NCBI RefSeq assembly: GCF_964204645.1
Contig: NC_134026.1
Span: 6,099,950 to 6,163,949 of the forward strand
Direction of reading: 5' to 3'
DNA: 64,000 bases
Origin: Tubulanus polymorphus
Lineage: Eukaryota; Animalia; Nemertea
Part shown: piece by piece, positions 1 to 11,900 of the stretch
Layout: each line of letters begins with the position of its first letter
Position numbering within the stretch: position 1 is the stretch's first letter
Notes under the pieces: model-generated
Seen by the model: the letters and a program-made list of their open reading frames with translations, nothing else
Told to the model about the DNA's origin: nothing
Databases searched by the model: none
Made by a program: the position numbers and the translations under genes

Positions 1-792
1 AACTTGCCACCGTCCTATACAATATGCAGGCATCTCAATCGTCCTAACCTCGTTAACTATGAGCGCCAAGCTTAGGTAGCCACCGCAATTCGATAGCATT
101 TTTGTACACAGAACACAGGAAAATTCGTTATTCATCGCAACTGTTTATCGGCAAATATTCATATTCACACAACAGCGCGACGTACTAATCTACCAGCACA
201 AAAATTCGAAAAACAGCTGTTCCCTTTCATTCCATATGAATCAAGACCCTAGATTCAATAATACAAATGGATCCGAGCTAACTCTTGTTGACACGCATAT
301 ATGGCTGCGCAATTCGTAAATAATCAATATCTCTTTTTGTTAGTTGATTTTCAGGACTCGGTTTCATTGACTGCATGATACTTGTTATAACCCGTGGGAA
401 TATTGCAAAATATGACGATTTCTATGATTTTTCATTTTTTCCTATGGCAGTAATCGGATAAATAAATGCCACCGGATAATTTTGACATGCAGCTAATGAA
501 ACTGAGTCGACAACTACGGTTTGTCGTTTCCCTAGCCTAACTTTCTATTGAGTCCTAACCCTGTGGCCGCTTTTAGTGCGGATGCTTACTGGTACGATGC
601 TGCGAATAAATTTCAAAAGAAATGTCTGAAAATTTCCAAAATGATTTGACAGGCATCAGCCATCTTTTATTTGAAAAAAGGAACATGGCTACGCCCCATT
701 TTTTTCAGTAGTATAACACACGGGAGATAGGAAGCGAAAATGAGATAAGGGAGAGAAATCGAACACCGGCCAAACACAGGTGAAAAACTTAC

Positions 793-3700
793 CAGACCTC
801 GGAACCGAACCCGTAGCACGCCAGCTGCAGCATTTCAAACACTAGACCGATCATGATTGTATGCTTATTACCGAGATATTTCATCAACACGGCGAGAATG
901 GCAGTCTAATATATCAACGATGAGAAAACATCCAATTACAAAAATCACTATCAAGAACGTAGAGGATAAAACAATAAGCAATAACGAGCTTTGAAATTAA
1001 CAATTGTAATCAAATTGAAGATATTTTCCAAATATCAAAATTGAGACTTTCTTCTTCAGTACAGTGGGTTTTCACTTTTCTAAATATGGAATTTAAACAT
1101 TTTCCGCTTGCTTAAGTTTAAAATATTACGGTTTTTGAGATTCTATAAGCCTATAATTTCTTTGTATCTTTCGCATGTTAAAAAGCAGACCCAGTTTCCC
1201 AGTTCCTGAACTTCCACAAAGTTCATTTTCTTTTCAATGCAAACTGGGACCCAACTCCACAGTTGTGAGTTAGAGTTTACTCTGAGTTAAAGTTAGTTCA
1301 TTTTCAATTAGTTAACTCAAGGGAACTGTGGAACTGGACCCAGTACATTCAATCGATACAGGGGAGATGACGATTCAATGTCAATCGTAACAATAGCAGC
1401 GGTTTTTAAAAACGGTTAAGCGGTTAAGGAGTGGAAGGAAGGAAGGGAAGTTAATCGGTACGTACTTGAGCTAAAACAGATAAAACACCGACGACTGCAA
1501 TAAAAGATGCTACAGCCTCTTCTGAGAAACCCATTATCTGTAAAATGTGAAGATAGTAATTAACATCGTTGCATCTCTAGCCAGTAATCAGTTTAAAAAG
1601 TGTAGATTTCACAGACAAAGCGTATAGCATTAACCCTTTCAGTGCATCTACACCGCAGTGCGGTGTATAAATCAGTGATAGATTTTGCTAGCACACCGTA
1701 CGCGGTGCGGTGTAGATGCACTATAGTGGAATTCCTGTATTCCATTGTTCATAATATAAGACTAATGCAATATTCGGAATTAACTCCGGAGATAATCCGA
1801 ATAAATTAATTTTTCGCCAATTCACGGTTGCGAAACAGATCACCTAATTGATTCAAACTAGAAGTAAACCGTCGTTCGTGAAACCGGGCCTTACAGTCAT
1901 AATACGTACCAGTTTGAGATAGACGAAGAAACACGAATATTCACCGGCTTCAGGCAAATACGACAGGAACACCGTTATACACAGCATAATCATCATTTTG
2001 TCCTGACCAATTCTACGCAATGACTGGGGGAAGAAAATTAGACATTCTAAATTTGCTGTTTACTAGATGAACATGCGCGCAATATCAACATAATATAACA
2101 CCCGCCTTATCCTAATCAGTTTAGATCTAATCCATATGTAAGAACAGGAGTTCTTGCAAACTGGATTAATTTTCAACCAACCCAAATGATCTAAGTTAAC
2201 TAGGTTTTACTGACGTATCAAATTCCGTAATTACAACAAAATATACATGTGCTAAACACGTCGGCAGGGTGGCCAGTTTACCCCCAGTTTCCTCTGTTTT
2301 TTTTCCCATGTGATTCCACAAAATTCCCTGAGTGAATCAGAGAAATTTCTAGGTCAAACATGTTAAAATTTATTCATTTTTCAGTGAATCACGTACTGAT
2401 ACATAGAGCATTATTCGAATTCCCTGAGTTTTCCCGGTTTTAGGTTTCCCAGACTTTCAGAGGTCACCCTGGTTGGTACATGTAGTTATTGGGAAGACGT
2501 TTCACCAGTGATGAATTTCCAATGATAGGAATACGGAGGACTACTCACCGAAAATGGATCTGCCTTTTCCCATGAGATATGCGAGCCCCACGACGACGGG
2601 CGAACTTTTTCGGGCAACGACTCCGGAAGCGCGACTAATATAAACAACACGTCCAATAGCGCGATCATTGTCGCTAACGCGATAACAACGTTTTCACTAT
2701 AAATCCGTCCGAGATACGCCCCGATCGCGGGACTGGTGACTAGACTGGCGGCGAACGTCGCCGAGACGAGTCCGTAGGCGGCGCTGCGATCTTCTTCGTT
2801 GGTCACGTCGGCGACGTATGCGAAAACGACGCTAAATGTCACGGAGAACACGCCGCAAATCGATATCATCGTAAAATACCACCTGAAGTTAGAGAGATGT
2901 TTCGTTTTTAATAATATAAGGTGAGACGGCATAAAAATCTGGGTTATCATTTTTTCAAATTGAAATCATCATTGAACACAAATTTTAGAACTATTGTAAT
3001 AGAATATCACCTAAAATTAGAGAGATGTTTTTTAATTACAAGGCGAGTCAAAACTGCCTTATAACTAAACAATATAAACCGGTCTTATCTGGGAATCATT
3101 TTTTTATTAACTGAAATTATCACTGAACTTGAACGCAAATCTTAGAACTATTGCAATAGAATATCAAATAAATTCATATCGTTGCACTCGCTTTATCACC
3201 TAACTAGAACGAATATCACTGCTCCACTATTTGACTCCGGAATAACCTATGCGGAGATATCCTGAAGTAGGTATTTCCAAAGTAATCATTCAGTCAAAAT
3301 GATTACTGCAAGGTATGTCCTAGCATGGATGTATAAACTCGAGTTAATGTACATGCATGGTCTTAGGTAGCGCATATCCAGGGTAGGGATCTAAAGTGAT
3401 AGATTTCTCTAGGCCGGAATATCATATGAACAAATATCTGATCTAACCAAAATAAAACATATTTGGAATAGGCCATAAAAATGCCTGAATATCTATTTAG
3501 GCCTAACAGTATATAGATTTAGAAGTCTCAATTGGGGAAGCAGAAAATTGGAATCAGATTCCGGCTTAAATGAGAGTGATAAAATTGTCGTACCATGGAC
3601 TAATTCTCATCAGTGGAATGGGAGCACAGGTAAACGTAACCGTGAGTAGTAAGAATGGTTTCCGTCCAAGAACGTCGGATAAAGCACCAATCAACGGAGC

Positions 3701-6700
3701 ACTGAGGAATGACAGCATACCCTGCAATAAAAACAGTTCGAATTTTAAAACGACGACTAAGGCCCTCCTAGGTTTAATAAAGCCCAAGCTGTGGGTAATG
3801 CTTTAATACTGTAGGGCCTAGCAAAATTCATGACTTTGCTACTTGTCAAACGGGTTTAAAGGTTTGAGATTGGTTGACTTTATGTTGTTAGTAACAGTAA
3901 GCTGTATGACCACAGATTTTCATATATCAGGCTATATTTTGCCTATCAACCTTTTAGGGGCCAGCAAGCTGCGCAATCAGCCGAAAGATCCACCGACTTC
4001 TCTTTTTCATTCAAGGTCGCGGTGGCCTACAGAGACATCTGGTAAATAATTAGTTTCGGATTCTTAGTAAATACCCCGCGTAATTAAACATTCTCACAAT
4101 ACATGATTGGTATCATCAGCAGGCAGCTGTTCTATTAGATCTTATTATTAATGTTAAACACACAATCGATCAACGTTCATAGTCGCGATATTTAGCTGCA
4201 TTTAATCCAGAAATATCACATTCTATCACCGAAATAAATACCCATAATATTCACCCGGGCTAGTAGTTTAACATAGGCTCATACCGGCAACAATCTCTTA
4301 GAGGATAGTTTTTATGACATAATGACAGGCGAATATTGCATATTAGCTCTGCTTCATTTAAAAGAGATGGCAGTCAGGTCAAATGGTCAATTACCCACGA
4401 CCACATAAATATCCAGGAAATAACGTTTGGTTTTATCGGGCAGGCACGAAAATTTGATATCACCATGGCCTACACACTGATAATCTAAATACATGTACCT
4501 TGATGCCTTGAATGAGTCCGTTCATTAGAAATGTATGATTCGGGAAAGTCTCGTTGAGGACCTGCAGAAACGAAAGAAGCGCATGCATTAAAAAATACAA
4601 TTCCTTCTATTGAAAGAATAGAAATACCGGTGCCGGTACGCCGATAATGAATATAAACATTCAGTATCAAATTATCATACAATAGCACCAGCAAGAAGAA
4701 ATAGAGCTATGTTACCAATACCCCTCTGCTGGTGGAAATATTCAACGAAATAGATAGGGTTTGTTAAATTCTAACGAAAGAGGTGAAGGCTATTCTTCAG
4801 AAACCCTGTGGAACAGAAACAGGGGTCAGTTGCACAGTCAAGGCTTAAATCTAAGACCAGTCTAAGACGATTTTGGTTCTATATCCAATCTAACAACTTG
4901 AGTCTTTAAGAGTTAAGACCGAATTCAGACTTAAGTCAGTCTTGTCTATGCAACTAGGCCCAGGGTTGTATTAACCCAATATGGCCGTCGATCGGCCATT
5001 ATGAATACAACTTTGAGCGACATTGATAAGGCTTGTTATTTTCATACCATACACTACATGTAAATATGAAGGCGGTGTACTAGAGAAACTGCATTATGCA
5101 GGAGAGGAACGATGTATTTAGGCTTTGAATATTTTACTTCAAAAACTGTGTCTGTTGGATGGGAATAAGTATTACAGACAGACGCAGCCAATGATAATAC
5201 CCTAGCGACATATGGGGTAAAAATTTCATCTGGATTAAGCCAAAGCTATTGGTTGTAGCCTACTAATCTCGCCATATTCAAATAGATCGCCAAATGGGCA
5301 TATCAAAATGACTAGGCCTATATTGCTGCAAAGCAGCAATTACCCTTTCACTTTCATGGACCTGAAATTTTTTTCAGGGTTTCATGGGACTTTTTTGAGG
5401 ACTTATTGAGGAGGAATATTCGAGAAAATATCAAAATTCAAAGAGGTTTACAAAATTTCGATAATGAGTATTCTCTGCATCTTAAGTCAGAGACAGGTAA
5501 AGAAAGGTATTTCGCCATTGGCACCATTGGCGCAGATGAAAATATATTGACCTTTGAGAATCTTTTTTTAAGACTCCCCAAAGTTTAAGGATAATTTCTC
5601 AAAACTAAAGGAATTTTGGAGTTCATTTCAGTAATATTGGAGTTCAATCACCTACAGTGTATATTCATACACGCCTATAGCCTAAATCGATATAAGTCGA
5701 CATTTACGCATTACACAACGCATTAACCAAGTTTATAGTTAATATGTCAATATACATTAGGCCTATATCTGCCTAGCTCGCAATGTAAAAACAAGTTTAA
5801 CGTAAGGAAAGATGAAATTACATTCAAAATATTTTCTGTTAAGTCTACAAAGATCTTTTTCTCTTCGAGGAATTTTCTTTCCATGGATATATCATTGATC
5901 GCGCGATCAAAATATCGCGCGCGCACAATGCATGAATGCAATCATAAGGTTGATGACGTACGGACAGAAACGGGCCACATATGGCGGCCAATAATAACCG
6001 TAGATCGACGAAATGAGGATCAATAACTTTGAATACAAACAATGTGATACACGGCTATGTAGCGGGTAATAATAAGGCATGAATTGTGACAGATTTTTGC
6101 TGAAATCAAACCGGTGAATTGTGTCGATTCTTTTATTCATTTCAATTTCATCCATCGTTCATTGAATCGTTTCACCATGCAATATGAACCCGAATACAAA
6201 GTCAGGTACCAGTTGCACAGGCTAAGTATAGACGTCAATTTTGGTTCTAATTGGTTCCGTAGACCAAGCTTAGCGATTCGTGATCATTTTTAATCGCAAC
6301 TCCCCGTTTTCGTCTTTGATGTTTGAATTTTACTTTTTTTACTTCTAAATCAACTCTCGGCCAAGTTTTACGAAAAGTTTTAACTCATAAATTGATTTAG
6401 GATAAACTGAATCGACGAAGAAATTAAATTCATTGAAATTGACAGGGCCTCCTTATCATTTTAATGAAACTGCAGGACAGTACAGCGGGGGAAGGGCAGT
6501 TGCCCTAAGAAATTTTGGAAAACTGCCCTATTATCGTTATATCAAATAGGACTGCTCTTTTTGCAGGTTTCTCTGCGCACCTCCCTCAAAATTCAAATAC
6601 TAGGTAGGCCTACGGCCCTCAACTGATCCCAGAGCTGTAGGGGTCATTCATTTCCTATTACATACGCATTAGGGGAGGGAGGAGATTTCAGTGCAATTGC

Positions 6701-7915
6701 GTACTGTAATGCTTAATGTAGGCTATATGAAAGAATGGCCGATTTTGTGTACAGAAGGGGAGGGGGGGTTGGAAAATTCAAATTTTATGCGTACGTACTA
6801 AATGAATGATCCCGTAAAACAGAGTACCGGTACTGGAATCTGTATTCAGAACATGTGTCGAGAGGATATGAACAGGGGTTGTTGACTAAAAAAACTCAAG
6901 CTTACCGTAATCATGGGGGTGGTGAGTAAACCCCATGAAAAAAATTCGAGAAAAATCACAACCAACGCGTAGAAAACACTAGGCTGGCCCAGACCACTGG
7001 ACTGAAAAAAAAAAGAAGAAGACCTACAAATCTATTTCATGATATGAGAAAATTTCCACAAATCGTTTGATTATTATACCTCAGCCTACTTATCATACTA
7101 TGAATGATAAGATATTGGCTTAATTCTATCAATGACATGACATGATATGGTAGGCCTACGACTAAGCACTGACTTTTGGTGGCAGGCATCAATTTTCATT
7201 AAGCTCAGGTGTAAAATATGGTAGACTAATATCTAACAGCTGTTTGACTTTATCCTTAGGCCTACTAGATCCTATAACGCTACATGTGGCCTATATTCCT
7301 TAAAATGAGCAAAAACTCACAAATACTGAAGACTTATTGTGACCGCCTGCATAAACTGAATGAAGGCTGGGTGTCTAAATTTTGAAGGACCCTTTGAAAT
7401 GTCAGCGTAAAAACATTCACCACTTTTTCAAAATCAAGAACAAATTCAGGCAACAATTCATAGAAGCAAAATTTGGTTCCGTGAAGCCTGGGGAATATCT
7501 TCTATGTTGTGCATATGGTTTTACGCCATCTCCGGCGACGTAGGTCTATATTTTTTCTGTAAGTGGCCCGAACATCCCTATGTAGCCTATATTTCATTTC
7601 TCTGCTGCGTGGGTGGAGCAGTTTTCAAGCAGTTGAAACTTATTTCTGCGACTAAATTTTTTATCTTTCTGCAGGATTTTCATCCCCCTAATCGTACTTT
7701 AAATGTTTTTATAAAAAGAATGAATATTTCATGTTTCGATCAAAATAATGAATTTCTAGGAAATGCTGATGTTGGCAGTGTGACAAGACAGCGACGAATT
7801 TTGAAAACATATTTACCCCAGCTGGTTCTTTCGGAGTTTGTTTACGTGACCATATTATATTGCCGATGACTCTTTTGCGTTTTAATTTACCGACCATACT
7901 CTGTTCGGGTTTCAT
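793..7915 (-). CDS. MFSD14A: MFSD14A/B (hippocampus abundant transcript 1-like) MFS transporter, spliced, 3'-partial
   Basis: GT-AG exons in continuous frame: 7817-7915 (MKPEQSMVGKLKRKRVIGNIIWSRK...), 7321-7374 (tentative), 6906-7001 (GLGQPSVFYALVVIFLEFFSWGLLTTPMIT), 4499-4561 (VLNETFPNHTFLMNGLIQGIK), 3594-3721 (GMLSFLSAPLIGALSDVLGRKPFLLLTV, MFS motif A), 2549-2882, 1910-2023 (YLPEAGEYSCFFVYLKL), 1466-1537, 793-905. Remaining exons lie left of the window. Confidence 0.92.
1188..1342. mobile_element. Short MITE-like element, GG(A/C)CCAGTT...AACTGG/AACTAGG terminal family
   Basis: Imperfect terminal inverted repeats. Related ends at ~4823-4962, 14808-14900, 38727-38818, 40448-40548 and 62980-63068. 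Confidence 0.55.
1630..1722. mobile_element. Truncated piggyBac-like MITE end
   Basis: TTAA-CCCTTTCAGTGCATCTACACCGCAGTGCGGTG is the reverse complement of the right end of the element at 48552-48832. Confidence 0.65.
2266..2472. mobile_element. MITE-like element (CAGGGTGGCCA...GGTCACCCTG)
   Basis: Terminal inverted repeats with internal TTCCCTGA repeats. Related copies at ~36645-36860 and ~46005-46105. Confidence 0.55.
6638..6813. mobile_element. MITE-like element
   Basis: TIRs GGGGTCATTCATTT ... AAATGAATGATCCC, flanked by TA. Confidence 0.5.
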
Positions 7916-8103
7916 CAGAGCTGATTACAACGATACATCCATATTTCACATGTTATGTGAACAATCCACTTTTACTGTACCAAAATTTCGCCATAAATGA
8001 CACACGAATGACGTCGATTAGGTGGCAGCACCTGACGGTCTAAAAACTGAGCAGCATGTGTAGTTAATCACGATAGGTAGAACACAATATCCGTGTTGAC
8101 GCG

Positions 8104-8312
8104 ATGAGGAGAGAATCCCACAATGATAATAAAAAGTCCGAAAATGAAACTTCGAGATAGTAGTTTATTTCAACGTTTCGACTATATCCTAATAGTCATC
8201 TTCATTATTCCTGAAGATGACTATTAGGATATAGTCGAAACGTTGAAATAAACTACTATCTCGAAGCTTCATTTTCGGACTTTTTATTATCATTGTGGGA
8301 TTCTCTCCTCAT
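8104..8312. repeat. Near-perfect inverted repeat (~101-bp arms, 7-nt loop) of a Penelope-like terminus
   Basis: 8104-8204 is the reverse complement of 8212-8312 with one mismatch. CATGTGTAGTTAA occurs at both 8056-8068 and 8310-8322. Confidence 0.9.
8205..8252 (+). ncRNA. Minimal type I hammerhead ribozyme-like motif (Penelope-like element terminus)
   Basis: CTGAAGA (8211-8217), stem II GACTAT/ATAGTC, GAAA (8237-8240), palindromic AACGTT stem III, then AATAAA. Confidence 0.6.
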
Positions 8313-8924
8313 GTGTAGTTAACCCTTCCACTATTAATGTTCACCTTTCATCCTTTACTTTTGTACCCGACTTAGGCCATTTGTTATTGTTAGGTCCAAT
8401 ATGGTTTTTTCTCATAACAGATACTTAGATTTCTATGTTGTATCATGTACTAAAAAAAATCCGATAGAGAATTGCTAAATTTCCATTAATCTTCCAACTT
8501 CAATACGAGATCGACATCGATTGATACCTATGGTGACATGTCCTATATACCAAGTAGGATGGTCAAATTGTCCTTTTCTTCTGAGATCAATCACACTCCC
8601 CTGAGATTATTTTCCAATCAATAGACCTTAAAGACACAATACCAACTTTGTATAACAAAATTCTTTATTCATCATTAGACAAACACAAATCATTTCACAA
8701 TGAAGTCCAATACACCGCAATCAATTCTCACTATATAAATGCAATTGGCAATTTTCCATCCATTCACTGACATAATGTGGCAATCTTTTCACATGACCCA
8801 ATCACTGGCTTAAGTCAATTAATATGCACCACAAGCAATTTTATAGAGATGCGTCTCCATGGGTACACACTTGATCCTTACAAGGAATAGCATTTTAATA
8901 TAAATGTTGTCCATATAGCTCTTT

Positions 8925-11900
8925 CTAATCCGAGTCTGAACCAGATGATTTCGCTGGAGAACTAAGCACTTCTTCTTCATGATCCGATGGTAGCTGAAAA
9001 TGGGCAGAATTCTTCACGAGTCATTTGGACCGATACGCATTTGTTTGAATCATGATATATACAGGCCCTATATATACTTAAGAATATACTTATACAAGGA
9101 TTATACTCTATTATGAAAATCCCACCATCTTATCATATTGTAAAAATCTCTTAATGGTTGCAATTTTCTAATCATTTAACTTTCAATTAATTCTACTAAT
9201 TTGTAATCAGAGATGTAATGGGGAATTCGATGATAGGAGACCAGCTGGAAGATTCCATACCTCTGAGGGGCCACTGTCGCTTTCTTCTGCCGAGCTGTTT
9301 TTCTTTTTCTTTTTTGACGGTTTCTCCTCTTCGCTTTCCGCTTTTTTACTCTTCTTCTTCTTGGCAGTTTTCTTTTCGTCTCCGGAACTTTCACTCGTCG
9401 ATATGAACTCTTTACTCTTATATTGACTGCCGGAGCCTGCAGTGTCTTTCTTCGGTGATTTCTTCGAAGCTGATTTCTTAGAGCTACAACAAACATCAGA
9501 TCATCGAATAACACTTTTTTCAATCAAAACTCTAGAACATTGGGTGAAATTTCTAATTTCTTTTTTTTGCGAAATTCCTTTCCACCTTGGCCAAGCAATT
9601 CACACCCAATAGTGGCATAGAGTCTCTAACAAGGTATGAACCCCAGTCCTTGAAAACAGGATAAATATTTTTGAACACCCATCCAAGAGCTCCTTCTAAA
9701 TTGGTGTTCTCCAGTCAGATAAAATTAACTGGACCAAGGATGAATCAGAGTTGCCACTTATGTGAAGCTAAAAATCCGGAAAATAAGTCGGGGGTCTGGG
9801 GCCCTCCCCCAAAAAATTTTTTAAAATTAGAACGCCAGGATATGCGTTCTGGCGCAATACGCGTTATAGGCCTCACTTTCATTACCGCCTATAGATCTTT
9901 TTTTCAAATAGCGATTGGCTCCGGCAAATACACCTCATATATAAACCAGAGAGCCAAAAAACAAACGAAGCGTCAGTCGATTTCGATCGTCGCGTCATCT
10001 TGGTTTAATCGTGTACTGCGGGGTTGTTGCCACTACGTGGCAGCACAATACGGCTTTTTCGAACCCTCTACGGAGCCGTCACGTTTTGATGTTTAGGGTC
10101 GAATCCCGAATTGATTTTATTTTTTTCGCGATGTTTTCTTTTGTGGTTATTTGACTTCTCCCGAAAATCCGGAAATGAAATTGGATTTTTTTTAAATCCG
10201 GAATTCCGGAGAAATCCGGAGAAGTGGCAACACTGATGAATAAACGTATAGACAATGCTGTATACTCAAATGTACAGCCAATAGTTAATCACCTCTTTTT
10301 ACTAGATGCTTCATCGTCATCGCTTTTATCACTGTCACCCCCTTCCACCTCTTTCTTCTTTTTATACTCGTCCATCGCTTGTTGATATTTTTCGCGTTCC
10401 TCTTTCGCCTTTTCTTCCCATTCCTGCAAATGAGGAAAAACACTGCGATTAAATGAACTGTCGTTATATCTTGCATACCTACCGGTAAGTGTATGATAGA
10501 TACCCAGTTGAATTACCCACAGATGGAAAATGTGAATGACTTTTCATTTTACAAGACATACTCTGTCTTTTCCATGAAGCTTTCAAATTTCAGATTTTCA
10601 GTACATGAGAGTCCAATGACCAATGTGTCTCCTCTCTGACTTAATGAGGCTAAACAGTGTATTTGTATGACACACTTACAGATTTATCGGTAACTTCTTT
10701 CCACAATTCTCCGGCTTTTCTTGATAGATCGGTGATGGAGATTCCCGGATTATCGGACTTAATTGTTTCTCTCATTTCCGCCATCCACAAGAAGTACGCG
10801 CTTTGAGGGCGCTTCGGCGCATCTGGATCTTTTTTCGTTTTCTTCTTTCTCGGTTTTCGATCTTCTTTCTACAAAATTTGAAAAAGAATCAATCTAATTC
10901 TCATCAATGAACCAGTAAAGCGTTTAATAGAAATATGAGATAATTATCTTATAACTTATGCCTCATTGAATCCAAATTCATATTTGAAGAGATTGAAAGC
11001 ACATTAACTTCCAATGAAACCCACCACTGTTTTGACTTTTTGTTTCACTTCTTTTTTCTTCTTTTCTTTCTTTTTCTTATCGTCGGACTCGCTTTCATCT
11101 GAGGAGCTACCGGTCGTTGTTTGAATATCACTGTCATACTCTTCAGCTACTGAACTTCCACTCTCATTGTCGGGATTGAAAGTGTCATCTGAATTTAGAC
11201 GGAAAACATTGACAATCAACTTTGTCAGAGCAACCAAAAATAATTTGAGTTTGGTCATCTGATCACCAATAATCACAAGATATGGGGTCAGAAATTTGGA
11301 TTAAGACTTGATTCCAAATAACAGTAGACTCCGCTAACCACAGAGCTGGTTGCCTTAGGACTATCGTGTAGTCTAACACTTGACCCATCGTCGCTCCTGA
11401 GTACCTCAGAATTCGCTTAAAACCTCATAAAAAATTTATTGGTCCTGCGAGATCAGAGACAAGCGGAATCTACCGTATATAGATTCAACTTCTTCTTCTT
11501 ACAGCGGTGTACACATGGTACGTTAAGCAAAGCCCATTTTATCTCATCATACCTGAACTGTCATCATCGCTATCATCACGTTCTTTTCCTTCCGCTTTCA
11601 TTCTCTCCAGATAAGCATCGTGGTCATTTTCATCACCTGATGATTCCATCTCTTCATAGTTGACTTGTTGTTTGCTTCCCGGCTACAAATAAACCAAACC
11701 GGAAATCATCTCGAAAATAGTTCAGTGTTGTTATGAAACAATTTCTTTTTTTTTGCGGGGTGAAATTTTCGTACCAGTTTTCCGCCGATGTTCTTCACCC
11801 GGAGTTTTTTGTTGCTTACAAAGTCGAACAGTTTTCCGTATTCATCCCTGTAATATCGATAACGAACCTCTATGAGCAATTTTCCTTAAATTCTGATGGC

